Shown piece by piece: positions 1-12,275 of a stretch of 64,000 nucleotides of DNA. This DNA comes from Octopus bimaculoides (Eukaryota), in contig NC_068985.1 in the NCBI RefSeq assembly GCF_001194135.2, positions 34,050,628 to 34,114,627 of the forward strand, read 5' to 3'. Positions within the stretch are counted from its first letter, which is position 1. The number at the start of each line of letters is the position of its first letter. The notes beneath the pieces are model-generated. The model ran no database searches. It saw only the letters and a list, made by a program, of their open reading frames with translations, and was not told the DNA's origin. Both the position numbers and the translations under genes were made by a program.

Positions 1-144
1 CATCTGTGCTGTAGACCTTGTCACTCAGCAGCCGGACTTCAAAGTCACTTGAGGGCTCACCAACGGAGTGATTGTACTGCGTGCTGATGTGTGTGGATTG
101 TTGATGGGATGGCTATCGTCTGTCAAGATAGGGCAGTCATCATG

Positions 145-181
<37 letters not shown>

Positions 182-2165
182 GTATATGTCAAAATTGTGA
201 TGATACTTGGTCAACAGCTGATGAAAGTTTGAGCTTATCTGTGTCCCTTGTGTCTGTCTTTTTCTGCTTTTCTGTAAATTGCTTTTTCCCTTCTCCTGTG
301 CCACATTTTGCTTATACACATATTTTTATACACATATAAATATCCTCATCATCATCATTTAATGTTTGTGTTCCATGCTGGCATAAGTCATATGGTTTGA
401 CAATTATACACCTACTTTACTAATTACGTTTCCTAGGTAACATAAGATATCAATTCCTGGCATTCAAGAGCATCTATTTCTGCATTGCAACAGTCACATA
501 CAAAGCTTATATTTTCTGCTAGTCTGCCTTTGATTCCATTACATCTGTTGTGTCCATGGCTTACATTGGGTATAGGATATGGAGTTTATACTTACTCCTT
601 TTCTGCATATTGAGGAAGGTCATTTTCCTGAATGAGCCAGGTTCCTGTCTGTTTTCCTACTTACAATTGCAAGTAATGGGGTTGCTGGCTAGTCCTTGAA
701 TTAGACAAACTTTGTTTAGATTACTTTTTCTAGGTCCTTCCTAAGTAAAAGGTAAATAGTGTTACGCTTAGAAAGGGCTACTCAGTCATTGGTGGCTCTG
801 AATCTTTTCATTGATATAATTTGTTGAAAGTAACAAATATCTTAAGTGCGGTATGAGCAGGTTTGCAATTACTTATAGTAGGTCAAGTGCGAATGATTTG
901 TGTTTCACTATTCCCCCATTGCCACAGCACTTTATTAGAGACCAATAATATTTCTCAACTTTTTATGCATGAAAAGTGAGTGATGTGTGCACACACTCAC
1001 TTTTCAGATAGAACATCTTTCTTCCCGATAGTCTATCATTGGGTAGGACAACAGGAAGCTGAGCAATCTTCAGGATTTATATCAGAGTAAGTTTCTTAAA
1101 TGTTCTAACATATCTAGAGGCCCATCACTCTGAAGTGCTCTTATGGTGAGCTTGTTCACCACCATATGTCTCCATGTACCATATTATTTCATGGGCATTG
1201 ACTCGCTTGAGTTCCATTGCCTTTTTACCAGTTAATTTTCATTCATTATCCTACTCACCAAGCAAGCTTGGTTGGGTTGAGCAACTGATGAATGTGGTGT
1301 GATGTTGTGTGTGTGTGTATGCGCGTGCGTGCACGTTTGCATGTCTTGCTTTTAGTATTTGGTTTTTGTTTGTATTTAAGTTACAGCTTCCATAAATAAT
1401 TTATCAAATTTTATATATTCAGAAAAATGATTTCTAACAGGATAAGATCTTTGGGATCTAGTTTTTTTCATTTGCAATATATGCATTTTTTTTTTAGAAG
1501 ACAGTAAAAAATCTGAAAATTGGCTATAATAATCTTCCAGTCTAATTGCTATGAAGGTATGATGTTGTGGAGAAAAAATTGGAGGAAAAAGTTACAGAGG
1601 TTTAAAAATTGAAAAATTGTGTATTTTTAGCCAATAGTGAGACAGAAATTTTCTGTTTAGCGGAGCAGTGTCAACTTTAAGGTTGTACCCTGTGAAATTT
1701 ATAGTTTAGTGTGAAATTACCTCTTTATTGTAGGTTTCTAAATAAACAGAAATACCTAATAAAATCAACATGTATCATCTCACTGTTTCTTTTGTCTCTT
1801 CATTGGTTGTATGTTTTTATTATTTTTTAAAAATTTGTTATATTAATATATTTGTCTGCATGTGTTTACTTTATATGTATTTCAGTATTATGTATACCTG
1901 TCATGTATTTATGTACATCATTAAGATACAAGTTCATGTGCGTGTGAAAAGGAGGCGTCTGTCTCCGAAACTTCAAAATTGAGTAACGTTTTCATGTTTG
2001 CATTTGTAAACTATGATAAGAATAACACTTTTTGTAAATGACCATGCAAAGGAGAGGTGATGAGAATGGCTCCTTTAGTACATCACATGGTCGATACAAT
2101 AAAATATGAAATGGATAAATGAGTATAAGTGCCAGAAGGAAAAGAAAGACACAACTGGGGTAGAA

Positions 2166-2933
2166 TGTTTAAGAGAAGATTTTATTGATAGGTTAACATG
2201 TGTGTCTGTGTGTGTGTGTTAAATACAGAGCATTGAAAGAGTCTATAATATGATATTAGAAGAATGTTCAGACACAAGGATGATAAATACCAGTTCGTAG
2301 TCAAGGTACATGATAGTTGAAATGCTGTATCAAGAAGTTGTAGCTGCAATGCAGAGCCGGTTGAGGCACATGTATAAGAAGTTGTGGCTATGATGCAGAG
2401 CCGGTCACTTGTTACAGGAGTTCTCACAGGTCGTATTTGCTGCTAACCATGGTGAAGTAATTCACAAACAGTGTTGAGATAGAACCTATGCGAGTATTGC
2501 TGGTTGCTGTGTACGTAGAGAGATGATGTTGACGCTGTTAAGAAGATGGAGGCGACGAAGATAGAGATCGCCGTATACTGTTGGATAAGTGTTGATGAGT
2601 CTCCATGTGGCTGCTGTTGTGTCATCGCTGGAACTGGCTGTGTCCTGTGTGGTCAGTGGCTAGACCACAAAAAGTCTGGAACCAAAAGACATGAAGATGG
2701 TGTGAAGCTAGCATTTTATATGGTGCAGTCGGCGTAAACTGAGGTTTAGAAGAGACTTCTCACGTGACCTTATCTGAAGGCTGTGATTGGTTGGGTTGCA
2801 TATTGGTGTGCAATAGAGCAAGAGACAAATTGTGCCAATACCAACCAATCAGAGTAGTGGACACAACAGGGTGCAAAAGGGCGGCCGAAGGCTAGCTGTT
2901 ATCTACTACGTCCGTATTTATGTATATATAACA
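2166..2933 (-). mobile_element. Solo-LTR-like element (tentative)
   Basis: On the minus strand it starts TGTTATA and ends AAACA. CCAAT boxes near 2785 and 2845, TATAAAA near 2715, AATAAA at 2182-2187. Two 30-bp direct repeats (about 2333 and 2376). No TSD found. Confidence 0.4.
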
Positions 2934-3821
2934 GAGAGAGAGGAATTTTTCCCTCAAGTCGTATGCTACACACTGGTCAACAAAAAATTTGTCCCAAGGA
3001 AAGAATACCTGCATCTTATGTTTTTGCATGCAGAATTAAAAAATAATGTCAAATTATCTGTACTAAGTTCACATATTCCATTCACCTTCATAATACCAAG
3101 AAACTGTATAAACATTGCAAACAACTTTTGCTATATATGAAAAATATGTAAAATATTAAGACAATATAAATTTTTATTAAAACAAAACACGCAGGTGAAG
3201 TAAATCTCATGGTATGAAGAATCAACACATGCAAATGAAACACAATGTATGGTTGTCATAGTGACAAATTGTTAATGCCTCGCTCTCTGTTGATTGGCTA
3301 AAATTATCCAAATTTCCCAACATTAATTCCAAATAACATCAGATTCTGTAATTTACAAGATAAAGTAATTGATTGATCGTAATAAAAATTCAGAGTTGAA
3401 TTGATACACCAAAATTGAAAGCTATCTGAGCAAAATTAAAGGGGGCTCATTTTGCAAATGAGAAAGAATTTGTACACACGAGCAATTCAGTAAAGACGGT
3501 ATGATATCCTCGAAAAAAAAAAGCATGAATATCACATGAACGCATTTAACGGAATAACTTTATTTTCCTTTCCTAACAAATCAACACCTGCACACACTTT
3601 TTGCGATTCGTAAAGATGGAAACAAGATGCTGAAATGTAAGAGGCTAATGCAATCAGGTGCAATAACATTGGATTTAATTCCCTTTTATTTTAACTCTGA
3701 TTCTAATTTTCCAGTCAAATATATTACTGTTTTTAAAAATATCTAGCTCGTTGAGTTAGAAAAATCAACTATATTCATTTATGAAATAATATATTATTTT
3801 CGTCTGTTTCTTTTATTTTTT

Positions 3822-4807
3822 GGATCTTTTCCCTTTGAATGGCACATTGAGAAATTAATTTTTTGTAACTAAACACTTTCAAACTTGGGACACTGGTAGA
3901 ATGTGTCATATAAAACATCTTTTACTCTTAGTGTTGTTGAGAAAAGTTTATATTTTTAAAGTTATTTCGTGTTAAAGTTGTCGTATTTTGGTAATTTCAA
4001 CCAATCAATGACGTGTATTCAGCTGAATAAAATTACTGCCGTTGTTTGTCAATAACAACTATTGGCGGTGTATATTTCGTTTGTCACTGTTATTTATGAC
4101 ATTGTTCGTGCATTTGTACTGGTTTTAGCTTTAAGGTTTTAGGGTTAGGGTTTTAGTGTCAGGGTTAGGGATAGGGTTTCCGAGTTAGGGTTAGGGTTCA
4201 GGTTTTAGGCTCAGGGATCGTGTTTTAGAGTTAGGGATCGTGTTTTAGAGTTAGGGTTAGGGTTTTAGGGTTAGGGGTAAGATTTTAGGGTTACAGTTAG
4301 GGTTGGGGTTAGGGTTGGGATTTTAGGGTTAGAGTTACGGAAAAATGTGACAAATGAAGAAATTGGCGGGGTAGGGGGGCAAAAATGTCTTTCCCAAAAT
4401 AGCTGAAAAACAGGGGAAAAAATACTAAAAGCAGTAGAAATGCACGAGGGATTGTGGTGGTGCCATGAAGAAAACATGCTTCAGATACACTCGTTTATTC
4501 ATACAAACGTAACTGAGATGAAATATGTCATAAATAACAGTGACAAACGAAATATACACCGCCGATAGTTGTTGTTGACAAACAACAGCAGTAATTATTT
4601 TCACCTCAATAGACGTCATTGATTGGTTGAAATTACCGAAATACAACTTTAACACGAAATAACATCGAAAATACACAATTTTTTCAAAAAACGCCAAGAG
4701 TAAATGATGTTTTTTAATGTGACACATTCTACCAGTATTCGAATTTTGAAAGTGTTTAGTTACAAAAAATTATTTTTTAAATGTGCCGGCCAAAGAAAAA
4801 AAGATCC
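3822..4807. mobile_element. Foldback MITE, GGATC family, copy 1, enclosing a degenerate (TTAGGG/TTTTAGGG)n tract
   Basis: Starts GGATC (3822) and ends GATCC (4807). 8-bp TSD TATTTTTT at 3814-3821 and 4808-4815. Imperfect inverted arms of about 280 bp (3822-4102 vs 4525-4807). Telomere-like tract at about 4136-4333. Confidence 0.9.
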
Positions 4808-5725
4808 TATTTTTTTTACTATTCAAATAATAAAAAAAAATTATGTATTTATTGAGTTAAAATTCAAGGCAATAGAATTTTACATATAAAATATAACCTA
4901 CATAAATATTTTTAAAAATAGAAAATATACTTTGAGAAAGAGTAAAAAAATAAGAGAATAGCTCTTTTTTTGATTTAGCGAATTTAGAACCATAGAACCA
5001 TATGAAGATACGAGATCTGTCTCTTGCAACCCCCTCTCTAACTCGTTTCCTACACATGCTATCTAATCAAATAACGTTCGCTAAATTATTTCTCCTGTTG
5101 TGACTTTCCTTTCGAGTTTTGAATTATGTTCTCACTGTCTTTCTTTCTTTCCGTCTTTCTTATTGCCTTGTTTTTATCTTTTCTTTCACTCTTGCCTATA
5201 TCGATCTCTCCGCCCTCTCCCTTGAAAAAAAACTTTTATGTTTCATTCCATTTAGTTTTGTATGATTTTTAATAAAAAATCTTTTTCAGTTTGATTTTGG
5301 AATTATTCCGTGAACAAGCCAATTTTTAGATCGAGTTTCCTAATTACACCATTAAATGGCTTTTTCCTTCTATTCCCATGTACCCGTTTTCTTCGTCAGC
5401 ATGATACAGTATCCTCCATTAGTCAAACGTATTAATTTTCATCTAATTTTATACACCTTTCATTTTGTTAAAGTAATGAAATAATATTAGTTGTTCATTT
5501 ATACTTCTGTGCCATGAGGTCACTTACACAGAAAAAGTCTTCAATTTGTAGAATTAACAGCAAACTCAGAGTATCTAACCTTTTATCCTGTAAATGCGTG
5601 TATCATTTTTTCATTGTTAAAAGTATTTTTATTCTAACAATTAGATTAGAAGTGTTGAATGTAGGTATGGCGACACAGTTAAAAAAATTTGCTTCGCAAT
5701 TCTGCGGTTTCTGGTTCAGTCTCGC

Positions 5726-6285
5726 GGATCTTTTTTAAAACGGGGGCCACATTTTTCATTACTGCTTTACGTAGTGTTTTTGGTATCGAAAGATTTTCAA
5801 ACTTCGTATACTTATCTATTTTGTGTTATAGAACAGAAAAATATTTTTGTATTCGAATTTATTTCATGTAAAAAATTGTCTTATTTCGATAATTTCAACC
5901 AATCACTGACGTCCATTCAGCCGATATACATTAAGTGCCGACTACATAAACAAACGATTCTTCGTTTTATTTGCTTTTTTCATTTTAAATTTGCTTTAAC
6001 CCTAACCCTAACTCTAACCCTAACCCTAGGGTTAGGGTTAGGGTTAATTGTTTCAGAATCGTTTGTTTATGTAGTCGGCACTTAATGTATATCGGCTGAA
6101 TGGACGTCAGTGATTGGTTGAAATTACAGAAATACGACAACTTTAACATGGAATAATTTATGGATTTCTTTTTTTTTAAAGAAGACTAAGAGAAAAAGAT
6201 GTTTTATATGACACATTCTACCAGTGTTCCAAGTTTCAAAGTGTTTCGTTAATGAAAAATGTGGCCCCCGTTTTAAAAAAGATCC
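5726..6285. mobile_element. Foldback MITE, GGATC family, copy 2, with central (CCCTAA)n(TTAGGG)n palindrome
   Basis: Perfect 36-bp terminal IR GGATCTTTTTTAAAACGGGGGCCACATTTTTCATTA. TSD AGTCTCGC at 5718-5725 and 6286-6293. Perfect 72-bp inner IR (5890-5961 vs 6055-6126). 28-bp perfect telomeric palindrome at 6014-6041. Interrupts a SINE head. Confidence 0.95.
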
Positions 6286-6740
6286 AGTCTCGCTAAGACA
6301 ACTTACACAAATGTCTTTTACTACATTCTTGGATTCACCCAACTTAGAAATCGTAGGGGAACTGGTCGAATGGTCCATGTCTTACGCTCATGCTGATTCT
6401 GCCCTGTGATTTACATGTCTGTGGAATAGTCAACCACTTACACGCTAATTTAGTTAATCGTCAAAACCGACAGAGGATTCATTAAAACTAAAAATTTAAG
6501 ACAAAAAAAAAGAAAATTGATTTAAAAAAAAATAAAACTATAAAAAGAACAGAAAGTTATGACATGATGCCTTACATCAAATGGCAGTCATGAATTATTT
6601 AACAAAAAAAAAACAAAAAACTATACAGAAATAATTGAACTTACTTTCTTTAAAAACTCAAACTATTATTTATAGGTTTATGCTTGAAAAAAAGTTGAAA
6701 TTCTTTCGATATCTATGCAAAATAATGATTTATTTTATTG

Positions 6741-7186
6741 GGTTGGCAGAATCGTTAGCGCGTCGGACGAAATCTTTAACGGCATTTCTAACGGCGCTTT
6801 ATGTTCTGAGTTTAAATTCTACAGAGGTTGATTTTGCTTGTCTGCCATCTTTTTGTGGGGGTCGATAAAATAAATGTCAGTCAAGTATTGAGGTCGATGT
6901 AATCGACTTGTCCCCTTCCCTCAAATTGCTGGCCTTGAGCCAAAATTAGAAAGAATACTCATCGTTAAGGCGGCAAGCTAGCGGAATCATTATTGCACCA
7001 GACAAAATTCTTAGCTACATTTCTTCTGGCTCTTTATAGTCTGAGTTCAAATGCCACCGGTGTCGACTTTGCCTTTCTTCTCTTCGGGTCGATAAAATAA
7101 GTACCAGCTGAACACTAGTGTCAATGTAATTGATTAAACCTCCTCCCACGAATTTCAGGCTTTGTGCTTTATGTTAAAAAAAGAAT
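6741..7186 (+). mobile_element. Two tandem family A SINE copies (6741-6956 and 6969-7186)
   Basis: Both align by eye to the 42467 copy, including the GGGGTCGATAAAATAA and GTCGATGTAATCGAC motifs. Confidence 0.85.
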
Positions 7187-7806
7187 GATTATTATCATTT
7201 ACAATCCCTTTCTATCTTTACCCTCCTTGGCTGCTGCTTCTCTTCTTTCTTCAAATTACAGTATTACTCGTCTCAGTAGATTAGTAGAAGTGGGAGGGTC
7301 ATATAAAGATTTGTATTCCAGATATTACATTACTGCTTTGTTAATGAAAGAGGCAGTAACTAAAACGCCTGTCCTTTTGTTGAAAAATATTCCTTTCTAC
7401 TCTAGGCACAAAGGCCAAAATTTTGGGGGAGGGGTCCAATCGATTAGAACGACCTCAGTACGCAACTGGTACTTAATTTGGTAAATTTTTATATTACCAC
7501 CCGCACGATTTTAACTAAGAAAAAAACAAAAAAACTCGGATTTTTTGCGTGGAATCAAGTACCCTGACCTCCTAACATGCTGCAAATCCCTTATTTTGGT
7601 TCGGAAAAGCGGGAGGTAGGAGGCGAGGGGTACATATTTAATAACGAACCATGTAAGTCACACTCTGGAAAATTTATTTCTGTAAAATGTTTTTTTTTTC
7701 TTAAACACACAAAATATAGTCTGTAAATTTAGGATGATTTTCAAAGATACTATATTTTCTTATCAAAATATACATACTTTCTCACACAACAATTGAGATA
7801 TATTTA

Positions 7807-8210
7807 GGATCTTTTTTAAAACGGGGGCCACATTTTTCATTAACGAAACACTTTGAAACTTGGAATACTGGTAGAATGTGTCATATAAAACATCTTTTTC
7901 TCTTAGTCTTCTTAAAAAAAAAAGAAATCCCTAAGTTATTCCATGTTAAAGTTGTATTTCTGTAATTTCAACCAATCACTGACGTCCATTAAGCCGATAT
8001 ACATTAAGTGCCGACTACATAAACAAACGATTCTGAAACAATTCTATCGGTGATAGGGTTAGGGTTAGGGTAAAACAGCAAATTTAAAAAGAAAAAAGCA
8101 AATAAAACGAAGAAAATGAAAAAAGCAAATAAAACGAAGCTATGGCTTAATCAGCCAAAGGAGTAAATGTAAACAACTGAATACTTGTCAGTGATTGGTT
8201 GAAATTATCG
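7807..8210. mobile_element. GGATC-family MITE copy 3, inverted relative to copy 2, right arm truncated
   Basis: 7807-8045 is nearly the reverse complement of the right arm of copy 2. Short (TTAGGG)n at 8055-8071. Ends in a junction to a SINE fragment at 8208-8210. Confidence 0.9.
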
Positions 8211-8251
8211 GCGGAATTTGAATCCAGAACGTAAAGACAGACGAAGTACCG

Positions 8252-9720
8252 ATTTCTTTATTACCCATAAAGAATTTTTAAGACATCACAAAACATAAAG
8301 ACAGTACAAAACGCAACAAACATAAAATCAAGGTAATTAAAATAAAATGATAATATGCAAGGATGAAAAAATGAGGCGCAATGTCCACTCGACCCCGGAA
8401 GTCGGGTGGTTACATTTATCCAGTTTTTCACTTTTACGTTCAACGCCATGTAAACATTTTAACGGTTTTGTAACTCAAAAAATTCAAACACTCGCGTTAC
8501 CTTTCTTCCATTAGTCATTGTTACTTCCGTCCTTATCAACTGCAAATAATCAGTTCTAGTGGGTGGTGTCTCCACCAACCATACCCGTTTCGTTATTATA
8601 TTTTCACCAAGTTCTTTTATGTACTCCCAGTAGTTTCCCTCTTGTATCAAAATGCATTTCTCAGCACATTTCTCTGGCATCTTGACTCATTGTTTCCTCC
8701 AACCTCTCAACTTTTCTCTCCATCTGCTCGCAATTCTCGTACTTTATCAAAAACCCCTTGTATTTGACATCTTTCTCCATTCTCTCCTCTTCTTGTACAT
8801 TATTAGTTTCTGGCTTTTCTATCTCTTTTATGTTTTCTGACTTATTTTTCTTTCGTTTTTTAGGGTCAGTAGCTCCTCTGTTTCACACTTCTGTCTCTCT
8901 TTCATTTCCTCAGTGTGGTCTACAATGTTTTCCTCCTCTACTTGTGCTTTCTCTTGCTGTGGCTGTGTGAACTCATATAGGGGGCATTTGGTCTTCATAT
9001 GACCTCTTTTCCCGCATATGTAGCAATTTGGTTTCCTTCCCTCGACTACAACATTTAACGTTCTCTCATGCTCCATTTCTATCTGGTTGGGAATTCTTTC
9101 TATGTCCTCGAATGTGGCAAAAAGCCACATTTCGAGTCCAAATCCCCACCATTTGCGCACTTTTTTATTTCGCCACTGGTCCCAATTCCGGCTCCTCCGN
9201 NNNNNNNNNTTTTGCACTTCTTAAAATGTTGGTCGCATGCTTGGTTGCTTCTTCTATAGTGGCGAACCTCACCTCTACCGTACCGAACTTTCTTCCTCTG
9301 TTGATGTACGTGGCTTCATTCACAATTTCACCAAGGCACTCCTCGATTTCCTCTTCCGTCACCATTTCAATTTGCAGGTTTCGACAGCCTGTGTACGATA
9401 CACTACTGTCCTCAGAATGTTTTCTTCTTTAGTCTCTTTTGGGGGGCACAATTTGTATGAGTCTCCCGCAACTTCTATCAAATTCTGCTTCTGGTCACCT
9501 CCTCCATATCTAACTTGGTTTCTCTCGGCACTGGCTTCTTCACCGCAGTGGCCTTGGCGTAGCTCTCCATACTGGAGACACTACCACTTGCCATAGCTGG
9601 GGAAAATGCAGCGGCTCGCGTGAAACGTAACCGTAATAATTCCACAAAAATCACAATTATTTACCGAGACAGTTTTCACAAAGTAACACAACAGTATTCA
9701 CAATAATTCACAGAGCCATT
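8252..9720 (-). mobile_element. Non-autonomous L1/Tx1-like retroelement: 5'UTR, ORF1, short ORF2 C-terminal remnant, 3' tail
   Basis: Frameshifted ORF1 from ATG at 9594 with an RRM-like segment (RGRKFGTVEVRFATIEEA) and a CCHC knuckle CYICGKRGHMKTKC. AATAAA near the 3' end (8257-8262). Flanked by a TACCG duplication (8247-8251 and 9722-9726) inside a split SINE. The clade assignment is inference. Confidence 0.75.
8459..9594 (-). pseudogene. LINE ORF1 (RRM-like domain, zinc knuckle, charged C-terminus), frameshifted
   Basis: ORF track pieces 9165-9365, 8828-9217 and 8459-8680, plus a manually read N-terminus MASGSVSSMESYAKATAVKK. Confidence 0.75.
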
Positions 9721-10009
9721 ATACCGCTAAGCATTTCGCCCGGCGAACGTTTCTGCCGGCTCGCCGTCTTCTTTTGTTGAATAATGTTAAATGACACACA
9801 GCTTCCTGGTTCAAAATCTGTAACCATCACCTTTTGTTTTTCACCCTTCCCTTTTTATCTTTTTTTAAACTGTTATTTACCTTTATTTGTATATAAAATT
9901 ATCCGAAATGACATTAAAGAAATGATGAAACAATTCCGTTGCATGAAAACATGTTTAACATTTATATGCATAAAACACGTTTCATCTTGCTGTTGAATAA
10001 TAATGGTTT

Positions 10010-10290
10010 CAAATTTTGACACAAGGTCAGCAATTTCGGGGGAGGGGTTAAGTCGATTACATTGATCCCAGTGTTCACCTAGGACTTATTTTAACAACTC
10101 CGAAAGGATCAAAAGCAAAGTTGACCTCGTTGAAATTTGAACTTAGAACATAAAGCCGGGAGAAATGCCACCAAGCATTTTGTCCGGTGTGCTAACGATT
10201 CAGCCTTCACCTTAATTATTATTATTATTTCTAATTTTGATACAAGGCCAGCAATCTTAGGGATAGGTTAGCTGATACCATTGACTTCAG
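10010..10290 (-). mobile_element. Family A SINE (10010-10210) plus a tail fragment (10230-10290)
   Basis: Reverse-complement motifs CCGAAAGGATCAAAAGCAAAGTTGACCTC and GTCGATTACATTGATCCCAG. Confidence 0.8.
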
Positions 10291-12090
10291 TATTTGCCAT
10301 GCGCGAGACCACAGCGAGGCTCTCGTGGGCAACATCTATTTAAGGAGGTGTATTGAGCAACTCGTTCTTTTCCCTGAGCTGACATCCGATGTACAGAGTC
10401 GAGAAAAAGAGCTGAGCGGGCACAGACATGAGAAAACGACTCTAAAGGTAGTATATTGTGGTGCATGTGAATAAGTGGGTGCAGGCATGCAGGTTGATGT
10501 GTGAATGTTGAGAAAAAATTGTTTTGTTCTACAAACAAAATACAGAGCAGTGCATAAATGGGTCAGCGTGCAAAGTAAGAAAGAAACTGCAGACATTCAT
10601 AAAGAAAACATGTAAAGAGAAAAAACAATGTAGTTGAAAGAATTGTACAAAATGTGCAATACCATTGGCCAATAAATTTTCCCGCAAAGTACCTTCTTGT
10701 TTATATAGTGTCTTTATGTGCATAATTTTCTTTTAGGCATAACACCTTTCTCTTGTAAGAAACTGCATCCTCCTCGATTTTCAATTTCTTTGTTACATTC
10801 GAAAGTTTAAACGAGTTGGCTGCGGTCATATTTTTATTGAAGTTGAAAAGGTCTAGGAAAACATACAATTCAAAATTATGAAAATGAAATTGTGATAGGA
10901 CAGCAAACGAAAAATATCCAATCGTTTCTCAAAAAGAAAAAAAAAATAACGTGAAAATTACAAAAATGAGGTCGTACAAACGTTTAGAAAATAGCCATTT
11001 GGAGTTTTAAGCTGACTATACATTGACTTGTTACCATGGAAAAGGGCATCAATATGTTTGTGGCTTTCGATTGGCTAAAAGTACCAACAATTTGCAAACT
11101 TTAAAAGTTATTAACTTTTGTTTTATTAATTCATTGCAAAAATGAATTTTATATAATTAACATACAAAACTACATTAGTACACCAAATCTGATAATTGAA
11201 ACAAAATTAAAAGAATTGAAAATTATAAGCAACAGAAAGGATGCATCTGTCGATTATCTAATTATTTGACTTATTTTATCAACATTGGAAAGATGAAATA
11301 CAAAGTTGACCTTAGGAGTTGAACTCAGAACGTAAAGAGCCAGAACAAATAACGCCACGTGTTTTGTCTATCGTTCTTAGGATTTTACCAATTCACTGAC
11401 TGTATTCATACAAAAATCATTTCACTTATCAGCTACTGAATTACCAGTTTCTGGACTTACTAGTCCTTATTCATGATTATAGCTGGTTTGTCACTTGTTT
11501 GGCCCACAAATTATTGGCATGCTATGCAAACAACAGACCAGTATGCGGAAGCACATGCATAATTTTTTTTTTTAAATATTAGTTGTTTTTATTTATTGCA
11601 TGCGAGTGTGAATAATAAATATAGTCGTCAGATATAGGGTTCTACTGGTCTAATTATTGGTTCATTGCAGTAGAATTAGAATTAGAATACAAAAGAACAA
11701 ACGTTAATTTCTGTCTGTTGCCATCTTGCTGCCTACACCAGTGAACCAATCTTGACAAAACTTTGCATACATGTTAAACTAACATCCAGTTCAATTACAG
11801 GCTAATTGAATTTCTATAATGGGCTCATAGGGGGTTTGGGCTTTTATTTGATAAAACGAGAAGGGTGCAAGAGAATGTTAGTGTGAAGGAAATGTGGTGG
11901 TATAGTGAGTGTGGCTGATATCAGGGAAAGGGTTAACAACGTTGTGTAAACGACATGGAGTGACATGGTAACGTTAATACAGCTACCATGCATACGAAAG
12001 TATGTATGCACGACGCTGCATACATACTTTCGTATATACAGAAATACACACACACACACACGCATGCACATACAACATAAGTAACTTCTA

Positions 12091-12275
12091 GGTACTACTA
12101 AAGCAGCACGGACCCGAACGCGCAAGCTAGTCTTGAGTGGTCGATCCTGACCCTAACCCTAACCCGCGTGTGCAAATGAATACGTGTTTAGGGTTAGGGT
12201 TAGGATCGACCACTCACGACTAGCTAGCGCGGACGCGCGACTGCGCGTTCGGGACCGTGCTGCTTTAGTAGTACC
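12091..12275. mobile_element. 185-bp palindromic MITE, GGTAC family (Merlin-like), with internal CCCTAA/TTAGGG repeats
   Basis: Termini GGTACTACTAAAGCAGCACGG ... CCGTGCTGCTTTAGTAGTACC. 9-bp TSD TAACTTCTA at 12082-12090 and 12276-12284. CCCTAA repeats at about 12149-12163 and TTAGGG repeats at about 12188-12204. CpG-rich, so apparently young. Confidence 0.92.

Larger units (their letters stand above)
8208..9770 (-). mobile_element. tRNA-derived SINE (family A) head, split by the ORF1-only element
   Basis: 8208-8251 (GCGGAATTTGAATCCAGAACGTAAAGACAGACGAAGTACCG) and 9721-9770 (ATACCGCTAAGCATTTCGCCCGGCG...CTCGCCG) rejoin into the reverse complement of the SINE at 42467. Confidence 0.85.

Noticed and set aside
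560-1260. Possible RTE endonuclease remnant on the minus strand (also 50020-50460 and 58290-58780)
   Set aside because: Too decayed for a motif-level call by eye.
4136-4333. True telomere or chromosome-fusion relic
   Set aside because: The tract is short, degenerate and lies inside an element with TIRs and a TSD.
4335-4480. Transposase remnant in the spacer of MITE copy 1
   Set aside because: No Merlin DDE or other motif could be read in any frame.
3822-8210. CRISPR-like array of recurring motifs
   Set aside because: The repeats are long inverted MITE arms, not short direct repeats with unique spacers, and the DNA is eukaryotic.
10292-10447. Open frame ICHARDH...KTTLK ending at AAG/GTAGTA (candidate exon) and a Cys-rich stretch at 10560-10670
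   Set aside because: The acceptor AG comes from a SINE tail, I recognise no protein, and 52 open codons can occur by chance. A piggyBac C-terminal resemblance was too weak to call.
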